A DNA stretch of 40,683 nt from a virus (taxonomy: Duplodnaviria; Caudoviricetes). The stretch lies in IMG/VR virus record IMGVR_UViG_3300036546_000170, positions 1 to 40,683 of that record; one strand, given 5' to 3'. Below the pieces are notes generated by a model, which was not told where the DNA came from, made no database searches, and was given only the letters and a program-made list of their open reading frames with translations. Made by a program: the position numbers and the translations under genes. Each line of letters starts with the position of its first letter. The stretch's first letter is position 1. Shown piece after piece: positions 34,341 to 40,683 of this stretch.

Positions 34341-35697
34341 AGTTACCGACTTCAAGTTCGCCGTTGCCGTCCATCGTGACGGGCGGCTCATACGCGACAG
34401 CCCCAAGCCCCTTGGCGTCAGCGCCGTGAGAGGCATCATCGTGGTTAGGTCCAAGGCCGATATTGGCCTTGTCGTCCCATTTCTCGTGATAGGCGCGTAG
34501 GCGCTTCAGGCCTGCTGCCGTGCCTTCCTTGTCGAAGCGCATACGGGGGAACAGGCGGCGCAAGGCCTCAATGCGCATATTGGCAGCGCCCGCGCCCTGA
34601 TTAGGGACCACCTTGACGCGGAACCCTGCCTCTTTCAGCGCACCCTCTGGTGTGACCTTGTGAACCGTGTCGTGCTTGCGTCCATCGTGCGGAAGGATGC
34701 AGATGGCGTCGCCATATCCGTTCTTGCGCAGCCAAGCGACGTGCGCATCCATAGGCTGACCTACAGCCTCATAGTATTTCAGGACGCGGATTTCCTCACC
34801 CACCCACTGTTCAATCCAGATTGCGCAGGCGTCGGCCTTGTTGCCCGTGCCGCCCAAGTCCCAAATGGCCCGGTATTCCATCAAAGGGTCTGGCGCGACA
34901 TAGCCGATGCGCTCGTCTAGTTCGGCTTGACGAATCTGCTTGGTGAAGTAAGCACCCCTGTAAATGGTCTTAAAGGCCCCTTCCCAAATGTGCTCGTAGT
35001 TGTCCGGGTCGTTCTCTTGCGCGCGAAGTCGGTCCCGATCCATCTTGGATGTGAACCAAGGATTTTGGGGCCAATTGATTTCTGCCCCCTTGATTAGGGG
35101 GTCAGACCCTGACTCCCATATTTTGCGGATGTTTTTATGAACCCAACTGTTTTCAGTTTCTGGGTTATAGATAAGCCAAAGCTCAGACCCTTCCTCACGG
35201 ATCGTCGGAATCAGCTTCTCCCATGCATCTCCTTGGATGTACTCAGCCTCTTCCGCGAAGCATCGTAGGATTCGTGACTTAGATTTGATGCTGGATAGGT
35301 TGACGGACGTTCCGCTGAAAATGAACTTGATGCGGCCCGAGCGAGTGCGGATGTATTTCTCGCCAACGTCATAGACGGAAGAAAGCCATGGATCAGACTG
35401 GATCGAGTTCTTTAGGTCTTGCAGGCTGGAGTCGTCCAGGCTGTTCATGAACTCTCGAATGCACAAGATTACGCCAGCCACCCCCATGGCATCGAAGATA
35501 GCCCCCTGCGTAGCGAGCATCTTCGTGAAAGCCCAACTTTTTCCCCCGCCGCGCCCTCCTACGCTGAACCGAATATCGGCCTTGCCCTCAAATACAGGGA
35601 TCAGCACTGGAGGAATATCGCTTGCGGTAAGGGGGCAGAACCCTCGCTTGTAAAGCTCAATCTTTGCCGCTGTGATTTCGGCTTGTGTTATTTGCAT
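34327..35697 (-). CDS. terL: Terminase large subunit
   Basis: GGRGGGKS Walker A, FAEEAE Walker B, PTIREEGSE..YNP, WDLG, LPHDG, SHGADA nuclease motifs. Confidence 0.95.
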   Translation of the reverse strand: MQITQAEITAAKIELYKRGFCPLTASDIPPVLIPVFEGKADIRFSVGGRGGGKSWAFTKMLATQGAIFDAMGVAGVILCIREFMNSLDDSSLQDLKNSIQSDPWLSSVYDVGEKYIRTRSGRIKFIFSGTSVNLSSIKSKSRILRCFAEEAEYIQGDAWEKLIPTIREEGSELWLIYNPETENSWVHKNIRKIWESGSDPLIKGAEINWPQNPWFTSKMDRDRLRAQENDPDNYEHIWEGAFKTIYRGAYFTKQIRQAELDERIGYVAPDPLMEYRAIWDLGGTGNKADACAIWIEQWVGEEIRVLKYYEAVGQPMDAHVAWLRKNGYGDAICILPHDGRKHDTVHKVTPEGALKEAGFRVKVVPNQGAGAANMRIEALRRLFPRMRFDKEGTAAGLKRLRAYHEKWDDKANIGLGPNHDDASHGADAKGLGAVAYEPPVTMDGNGELEVGNYAGW

Positions 35698-36362
35698 TGG
35701 CGAAGGTCAATTTTGGAATTGACGGCAACTTCAATGGGGTAGCCAATTTTTAGTCTGTAAGAAATTGTTCCAACACCAACTCCACACAACCGTGATAGCT
35801 GCATCATGGTCATTTCCATCCCACGATATTCCACAATCCGGTTACTGCGTTTGTTGTTCGCTTGCGTATTTGCATCTGTCCATCGACAATTTCCAGGCTC
35901 ATAGTCCCCATTCGTGTCAATGCGATCAATAGTTAGGCCCGGGAGACGGTCGCCCATATCTTCATAGAACGCGGAAAAATCGTCCCATCTTTCGCACACA
36001 CGAATTCCGCGACCACCATAGTCCTTGTAATCGCTATCATTAGGATTGTTGCACCTTGCTCGCATGTCCTTCCATGAGCGATAAGCCTTGGAATGCGCTC
36101 TAGAAAGTCCGTGCGTTGTGTTTCGCGCAACCAAAGTTTCACGCGCTAGGCAGCCGCAACTCTGTGTATGCCCCTGCGTTAAGAGCCAAGCGTTAGCGAC
36201 TTTTTCTTTTCCGCAATCACATACGGCAAGCCAACGGTGGCGACGGGCAGGAGAGTGATCTCGCTCAGACAACCCAATCACAGTAAGGCGACCGAACCTC
36301 TGTCCTGTTCGATCAAGGAGAGGCCTGAGTCTCCGTCCATCTGCGCCTTTGTGTTCTTTCAT
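35688..36362 (-). CDS. HNH-type homing endonuclease
   Basis: GQRFGRLTV, CDCG, SCGC, YGGRGIRVCERW, TIDRIDTNGDYEPGNCRW..QANN; AT-rich. Confidence 0.9.
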   Translation of the reverse strand: MKEHKGADGRRLRPLLDRTGQRFGRLTVIGLSERDHSPARRHRWLAVCDCGKEKVANAWLLTQGHTQSCGCLARETLVARNTTHGLSRAHSKAYRSWKDMRARCNNPNDSDYKDYGGRGIRVCERWDDFSAFYEDMGDRLPGLTIDRIDTNGDYEPGNCRWTDANTQANNKRSNRIVEYRGMEMTMMQLSRLCGVGVGTISYRLKIGYPIEVAVNSKIDLRQCK

Positions 36363-36399
36363 GAGAACAATTTAACACAGAGGGCTGCCGTATGAAAGC

Positions 36400-36468
36400 C
36401 TAAAGGCCGCGACGGTGTAGCTCTAGTTTCGCGCTGACAACATCGGCCTGCGTAATGGTTGTCGTCAC
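36400..36468 (-). pseudogene. Truncated remnant of a terL 5' end (22 codons)
   Basis: AGGA RBS plus GTG; MTTTITQADVVSAKLELHRRGL* aligns to TerL MQITQAEITAAKIELYKRGF (10/18 identical, most others conservative). Confidence 0.8.
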
Positions 36469-36477
36469 ACGGCCATC

Positions 36478-36936
36478 CTACACCGCGCTATTCTGTAGCG
36501 CGATTACCGAGACGCGAACGCCTGATGCGGACCCCGAGAACGGATTGACTGTTTGCGATCCGACCGCGACGCTAATGCCGACAACCGAGACAGCAGCGAG
36601 CGTCGTAGGAGCACCCCTATAACCCCTGACGATGCAGCCGGTGTAGTCAGGCCCGGTCATAACCCAGCTATCCACTTGGAGCGCGACAGGTTGCGTCCCG
36701 CCTGGTGCGATGGGCGTCAGGTCAACGCTTGGCTCGACGGGAAATGAGCGCGTGAATGTCGCGGTCGCCAAGCCCGATCCGTCCAAGGTCACTATGGTTG
36801 CAGACGTGAGGCGGGGGTGCTGGTGATCAGCGCGCGCGAAACGGTCGCTCGTGGCCCCGACAGATCCTGTGCGGCTCTCGCTCGACGGTGTGGCGTCCGC
36901 AGGCATGGGCGGCGGGACGCTTGTAGACTGCGCCAT
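36478..36936 (-). CDS. Virion fiber/decoration-like protein
   Basis: FARADHQHP fiber-type motif; beta-rich Ser/Thr/Val composition. Confidence 0.6.
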   Translation of the reverse strand: MAQSTSVPPPMPADATPSSESRTGSVGATSDRFARADHQHPRLTSATIVTLDGSGLATATFTRSFPVEPSVDLTPIAPGGTQPVALQVDSWVMTGPDYTGCIVRGYRGAPTTLAAVSVVGISVAVGSQTVNPFSGSASGVRVSVIALQNSAV

Positions 36937-36939
36937 CGT

Positions 36940-37347
36940 CTAGAATGTCTCTAGGTAACTGACGATCTGAACACCGCCTGTGGCGATGCCCGCAATCTGC
37001 GCATTGGTTGGGATGGTGACGCTTGCACCGATCACGCCGGGCAGAAGCAGGCCATTCGCCGCCGTCACAGTTCCTGTGCCGATATAAACCGGATTCGTGC
37101 CGTGGTTTGTGATTGTGATCGCTCCACGGCTAGAGCGTGCGGCTGCGATCTGCGTTGAGGTAATGGCGACGCTGACCTGAGCCGTAGCAACGCTCGCAAA
37201 GCCATAGTCTCGCGTAGGGGCGGGATTGGTTGTAGACGCCGCCACTGTGCCATTAGCGCCAGTCGTTGCCACAGGAAACGGAGTCGCCGTACTGACAGAG
37301 GTCCGATTTCCGAACGCATCGCCGGTAAGGAATTGCATCAAGCCCAT
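36940..37347 (-). CDS. Beta-rich virion-like protein
   Basis: ITITNHGTNPVYIG..NGLLL pattern; Thr/Ala-rich. Confidence 0.6.
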   Translation of the reverse strand: MGLMQFLTGDAFGNRTSVSTATPFPVATTGANGTVAASTTNPAPTRDYGFASVATAQVSVAITSTQIAAARSSRGAITITNHGTNPVYIGTGTVTAANGLLLPGVIGASVTIPTNAQIAGIATGGVQIVSYLETF

Positions 37348-37431
37348 AGCGTAACCCCGTTAATCTAACCTCGTATAGCAAAACCGCCCGCCCCAATCAA
37401 GGAACGAGCGGCCAAGCTGTGTCGGGCTGCT

Positions 37432-37644
37432 TTAGCCGTCCAGGTTCTTGTCAGACTTGCGCTGGACAGCCTCGGGAACCTTGCCCTTGATGACTTCCTC
37501 ACGCTCGGCTTCGTCAGCCTGAGCCTGTGCGACGTTGTGCTTGTGGTTCTCTTCGTCAATGCGACGCATCTGGCGGTTCGCATCGTTGTCGAGATTGCGG
37601 GCGTCGTATTCGCCGTCGTGCGGATTGGGGGCCTTGGTGGTCAT
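37432..37644 (-). CDS. Hydrophilic hypothetical protein
   Basis: AGGAG RBS; ORF track. Confidence 0.65.
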   Translation of the reverse strand: MTTKAPNPHDGEYDARNLDNDANRQMRRIDEENHKHNVAQAQADEAEREEVIKGKVPEAVQRKSDKNLDG

Positions 37645-37706
37645 TGCGGATCTCCTGACAGGGAGGCTGGATAACGCATCTGGGGTCGGATGGTTGCCCC
37701 AAAGAG

Positions 37707-37741
37707 AAAGCCCCTCGTCCGGTTAGGGAGCGAGGGGCTTT
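37707..37741. terminator. Bidirectional intrinsic terminator
   Basis: AAAGCCCCTCG / CGAGGGGCTTT inverted repeat. Confidence 0.7.
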
Positions 37742-37779
37742 GTATTAGCGTCCACCCCTGAACGCATAAGCATCATACG

Positions 37780-37813
37780 AAAAACCCTCCGACACTGCAA
37801 TAGCATCGGAGGG
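37780..37813 (-). terminator. Intrinsic terminator
   Basis: CCCTCCGA/TCGGAGGG stem with A5 on its left. Confidence 0.6.
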
Positions 37814-37869
37814 CTGTATGGCGCTTTGGCAAAAGGCTCGAAGACCAACGCCGTCTCAACTCATTCCAA

Positions 37870-38034
37870 CTACAACACCCCCGCCCTCTGCGCAACCCAC
37901 AACGCGGCGAAGAGGACGACAACAGCCTGGATTAGTCGCTTGATGCGAACATCACCGAGCGGGATCAGGTCTATGGCGTAAAGAACGAGCGCCAGGACCA
38001 CGAGGGCGATTAGGAAGGTGAGGAGGAGGGTCAT
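37870..38034 (-). CDS. Small two-TM membrane protein, 54 aa (Thivi_2564-like)
   Basis: Manual translation MTLLLTFLIALVVLALVLYAIDLIPLGDVRIKRLIQAVVVLFAALWVAQRAGVL. Confidence 0.7.
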   Translation of the reverse strand: MTLLLTFLIALVVLALVLYAIDLIPLGDVRIKRLIQAVVVLFAALWVAQRAGVL

Positions 38035-38113
38035 TTACGAGAGCTTTCCCAAATTGTCCAAATCAACCAACACACGCAGGCCGAAAGAGCAAGCATAACA
38101 GATACAAAAATCA

Positions 38114-38398
38114 TCACTTCTCTCCGTCAGCGTTTGGCGTGGGGGTTGGTTCCAGAATGGTGTCGATCATCAAAGGCCAAACGGCCTCTGGCGCGTGGTC
38201 TACGGTGCTTTTGTCGTTTTGCCACGCATGGTTATTGGCGCGGTGCCACAAATCAGGCTCTACAGACCGCACAGCCATCAGCACGGCGCGGCAATAGCCT
38301 CGGATCGTTTCTCTGTCGGCGTCGCGCATGGTGTCCCATTCGCAACCGAAGTGGCCAGCCAAAGCCCTAGCCGCGCGTTCAAGGGTCGGGTTGGTCAT
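38114..38398 (-). CDS. Hypothetical protein
   Basis: GAGGTGG RBS; LERAARAL..RAVLMAVR. Confidence 0.7.
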   Translation of the reverse strand: MTNPTLERAARALAGHFGCEWDTMRDADRETIRGYCRAVLMAVRSVEPDLWHRANNHAWQNDKSTVDHAPEAVWPLMIDTILEPTPTPNADGEK

Positions 38399-38399
38399 T

Positions 38400-38597
38400 T
38401 CACCACCTCGGAGCATTTGCGATAAGGATTTCGACGGCTGCGGATCTTCCAACGCTCTGAGACGAGGCGAACAGGTCCAGCTTGAGAAGCGTGTCTTGGT
38501 CTAACCAGAGTTCGCACCTCACCTCCCCCGCCTCCTTCCTGCGCAGGCGTTCGGCGCGTTTGTTAGCCGTCTCTGCGGCGCGGCGGGAGGGGGTCAT
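38400..38597 (-). CDS. Small RHH-like DNA-binding protein
   Basis: ERLRRKEAGEVRCELWLDQDT..L..GRSAAVEILI. Confidence 0.6.
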   Translation of the reverse strand: MTPSRRAAETANKRAERLRRKEAGEVRCELWLDQDTLLKLDLFASSQSVGRSAAVEILIANAPRW

Positions 38598-38818
38598 GCG
38601 TTATTCTCCATCAAATACGCCAGATCGTAAGCGGCCTGGATGCGCTGGTCTCTGTCAGCCATGTCCGGTGCGAAAAGATCCGATTGAATCAGAAGGTTTG
38701 TCATCCTCCTCAGCTTAGCTTCGTGGGACAGACTTCCAAGCGGCGGCAATCCACGCCCCTCTCGAATGTCAGCTACAGCACCTTGCGTCATGCCTTTCGG
38801 CCAGCCATGGACGTTCAC
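38594..38818 (-). CDS. Hypothetical protein
   Basis: GTGA-coupled start. Confidence 0.55.
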   Translation of the reverse strand: MNVHGWPKGMTQGAVADIREGRGLPPLGSLSHEAKLRRMTNLLIQSDLFAPDMADRDQRIQAAYDLAYLMENNA

Positions 38819-39060
38819 AACCCAACTCTTTCCTTGAGCCATTCGTGATAGGTCTGCGTCATGCCTACCGTGCCAATGCACCAGCAGGGCCAGACGTAGC
38901 CAAGAGCATCTGTGCGGGCCTTCCACTCCACGACGTGCTTCTCGCACCAGTCCATGAAGGCGCGCTGCTCTTGCGTGGTCCAATCAGGACGCGGACCCAT
39001 TTCAAAGCCGGTATCCTTCTCGTAGCATTTGACGATTGTTTGCGGATCATCCTTCGCCAT
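38815..39060 (-). CDS. Hypothetical protein
   Basis: ORF track; TGATG coupling. Confidence 0.6.
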   Translation of the reverse strand: MAKDDPQTIVKCYEKDTGFEMGPRPDWTTQEQRAFMDWCEKHVVEWKARTDALGYVWPCWCIGTVGMTQTYHEWLKERVGL

Positions 39061-39197
39061 CAGTTCATGATCCCGAACTGCTTGGCGCTCAGCTTGTGAT
39101 CTTGACCGTTCACCGTGACGATCACCGACTTACCGTTGACCTTGGCGACGACGCCCTTTCCGTAAACGGTGTTTGCTTCTTGTCCAACGATTGCCAT
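39060..39197 (-). CDS. Small hypothetical protein, 45 aa
   Basis: GATGGAGAGA RBS; MAIVGQEANTVYGKGVVAKVNGKSVIVTVNGQDHKLSAKQFGIMN. Confidence 0.7.
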   Translation of the reverse strand: MAIVGQEANTVYGKGVVAKVNGKSVIVTVNGQDHKLSAKQFGIMN

Positions 39198-39221
39198 GCC
39201 CGTCTCTCCATCTGATAACCG

Positions 39222-39250
39222 ACACTATCCACGACCGGTCACGGTGTCAA
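39222..39250 (-). promoter_or_regulatory. Sigma70-type promoter
   Basis: TTGACA-17 bp-TAGTGT. Confidence 0.7.
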
Positions 39251-39254
39251 CGGG

Positions 39255-39707
39255 TTATTTTCCCGTCAGCTTACGACGCAAAGCCATAGCATCCCACCAT
39301 GCGTTATGCTGAACGGCACCTTCCAAATCAGTCGGATAGCAATCTACGTTGTGAACCTCAAATGTCATGCGCGGATAGTCGGCAGAAGCCCAACCGCCAT
39401 CCGGTCCAGTTGATAGAGCGCGACAGAAGCGACCCACGTCAACAGGGCTATCAGTGACAATCACTGGCGACTTGTCGGCGCTCATGAACCAGCGCAGAGA
39501 CCCGCCAACCTCGTTCGGGTAAATTGTGCGCGAATAATCTGCTTCGTGGCTGTCCATTAGGGGCAATACGTTTTGGCGGACCCACAGATCCATAGGATCA
39601 ATGTCAACACGAATGTGTATGCTCTCGCCATCTTCTCTCACCATCCCAACGCTCAGAAGCGGTCCATCGTGTCCGTCGAATTCACAATCAACATAATACT
39701 TCATCAC
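39255..39707 (-). CDS. DEDDh 3'-5' exo(ribo)nuclease (Rv2179c-like)
   Basis: YYVDCEF..LLSVGMV..D..HNAWWDA. Confidence 0.75.
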   Translation of the reverse strand: MMKYYVDCEFDGHDGPLLSVGMVREDGESIHIRVDIDPMDLWVRQNVLPLMDSHEADYSRTIYPNEVGGSLRWFMSADKSPVIVTDSPVDVGRFCRALSTGPDGGWASADYPRMTFEVHNVDCYPTDLEGAVQHNAWWDAMALRRKLTGK

Positions 39708-39961
39708 CCCGCCTCCCCTTTCAGGACCTCTGACAGCGCGTCAATCCAATCATCAATATCGATGTCATTGCGAGACACAACCATCTCAGCCAACACCGGC
39801 ATCAACGCCAAGCGCATCTCCACCGCCACAGCAGCAGGCCCGCTAGGACCGTGCTTGGCGTAGTTCTGTGCGGTCTTGGGCGATACACGAAGCCAACGCC
39901 CTGCGGCCTGCTGTGTGAGGCCGAGGGTGGTTAGGGCGGCTCGGTATTGGTCGGAGTTCAT
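39704..39961 (-). CDS. Xre-like HTH regulator
   Basis: YRAALTTLGLTQQAAGRWLRVSPKTAQNY. Confidence 0.75.
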   Translation of the reverse strand: MNSDQYRAALTTLGLTQQAAGRWLRVSPKTAQNYAKHGPSGPAAVAVEMRLALMPVLAEMVVSRNDIDIDDWIDALSEVLKGEAG

Positions 39962-40057
39962 CTGTGTGCTATTCACTTATTTTGAGCGCGCAAGAAAATT
40001 GTGCGTCTATCGAGGGCTTTGGCGGCTTGGGCCAGCGTAGCAAAACCAACCGCCGCA

Positions 40058-40363
40058 TCATTCGGGCTCCATAAGCAGCCACTGCTGCGCCTTGTAGCGC
40101 CATTGTCCCGCGTCCTTGCCGAAGACCGTCTTTCCTTCTGGCGCATCCGTCAAATCCTTAAGCGCGGCGATGATCTGCGTGGCCGCGCTCAATCTGTCGC
40201 CGATGATCTGGGGCAAGTCAGACAGCATGGGCTTTTCACCCACGCCCGACCGAATTCTTAGGTCTGCCGTAGCTAGAAAAAGGGCGTCCGTTGCCCGGTG
40301 CGGATCGGTTACCCAATCGCACGGCTGAGCCAGACAGAGCGGACAAGATTCTTTCTCGTTCAT
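40058..40363 (-). CDS. Hypothetical protein (allele of 90-404)
   Basis: KESCPLCLA..ATDALFLATADLRI..GVGEKPMLSDLPQ shared. Confidence 0.7.
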   Translation of the reverse strand: MNEKESCPLCLAQPCDWVTDPHRATDALFLATADLRIRSGVGEKPMLSDLPQIIGDRLSAATQIIAALKDLTDAPEGKTVFGKDAGQWRYKAQQWLLMEPE

Positions 40364-40541
40364 TGCGAAGCTCCTGTTCGCGGTGGCTGGCTAGGTTAAC
40401 CAAGCCAAGTCGGAGGGATGAGGCGACAAGATGCAGCGTGTCAGGGTCGTCGCTGTCTTGGATGGCCTCTGCTAGTTCGGAGAGCAGCCCCCGCATCCGG
40501 TTGTCATGGATGCGGGTTAGCCAGAAGTCGTCTCGCCTCAC
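40236..40541 (-). CDS. Hypothetical protein (allele of 268-582)
   Basis: Homology to copy A. Confidence 0.6.
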   Translation of the reverse strand: MRRDDFWLTRIHDNRMRGLLSELAEAIQDSDDPDTLHLVASSLRLGLVNLASHREQELRNERERILSALSGSAVRLGNRSAPGNGRPFSSYGRPKNSVGRG

Positions 40542-40672
40542 GCCACGAACACCCCACGTTCCGCCAGCCAAGCCTTGTGCCAAGCGATCTTGGCTTGGAT
40601 GGCGGCGGTGTTGCCAATGCCCTGGTCGAGGTAGGCGTTCAGGGCTTCGATAATAACGATGTGACCGGCCAT
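40538..40672 (-). CDS. Small hypothetical protein (allele of 579-713)
   Basis: Same 44-aa product as copy A. Confidence 0.6.
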   Translation of the reverse strand: MAGHIVIIEALNAYLDQGIGNTAAIQAKIAWHKAWLAERGVFVA

Positions 40673-40683
40673 AATCTTCAATC

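Larger units (their letters stand above)
39869..40683. repeat. Diverged copy B of terminal duplication (pairs with 1-724)
   Basis: Same matches as copy A; 91 bp longer over the diverged part. Confidence 0.95.

Noticed and set aside
35688-36468. Group I intron or ribosomal hop joining the stub to terL
   Set aside because: The HNH ORF fills almost the whole interval, leaving no room for a ribozyme core; downstream terL already has its own equivalent N-terminus; a hop of about 700 nt is far beyond known bypasses.
37355-37372. CtrA binding site upstream of 37347
   Set aside because: Only a TTAAC half-site; no TTAA-N7-TTAA spacing.
39969-40061. 30-codon ORF unique to copy B as a confident gene
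   Set aside because: It has an ATGA overlap but no motif and is absent from copy A; mentioned only within the allele finding.
1-40683. Prophage or lysogeny module (integrase, att, CI, ParA)
   Set aside because: No recombinase, partition or peptidase-containing repressor motifs and no host flanking genes were seen; lifestyle remains unproven.
1-40683. tRNA or rRNA genes
   Set aside because: No cloverleaf or T-loop signature noticed in the few intergenic gaps; tRNAscan/Infernal would be needed to exclude them formally.

Overview
The window is an essentially complete ~40 kb genome of a short-tailed (podovirus-type) dsDNA phage, about 39,959 bp if circularised through the exact 127-bp match between 598-724 and 40557-40683. 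Gene content, GC level and promoter style suggest an alphaproteobacterial host such as Caulobacteraceae (inference). Modules seen: primase-helicase with an adjacent iteron/palindrome origin candidate; a YqaJ exonuclease-unknown protein-SSB recombination operon; SF2 helicase, VRR-NUC nuclease, DNA methyltransferase and a DnaA-domain-IV-like protein; a rightward block of about 17 small early genes; a lysis cassette (GH19 endolysin, holin, spanins); tailspike, ejection, tail, capsid, scaffold, portal and terminase genes. No integrase, CI-size repressor, polymerase, tRNA or CRISPR array was recognised. Most notable: (i) an HNH endonuclease sits between a 22-codon remnant of a terL 5' end and a complete terL whose homologous but diverged start lies inside the HNH gene, and a second HNH splits the spanin pair similarly; (ii) three inserted genes share an exact leaderless-mRNA promoter layout; (iii) two unannotated, translationally coupled polyproline micro-ORFs head the membrane/lysis cassette; (iv) the two contig ends are diverged alleles of one early-gene cassette. 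All calls are by eye from motifs and synteny; no database searches were run.
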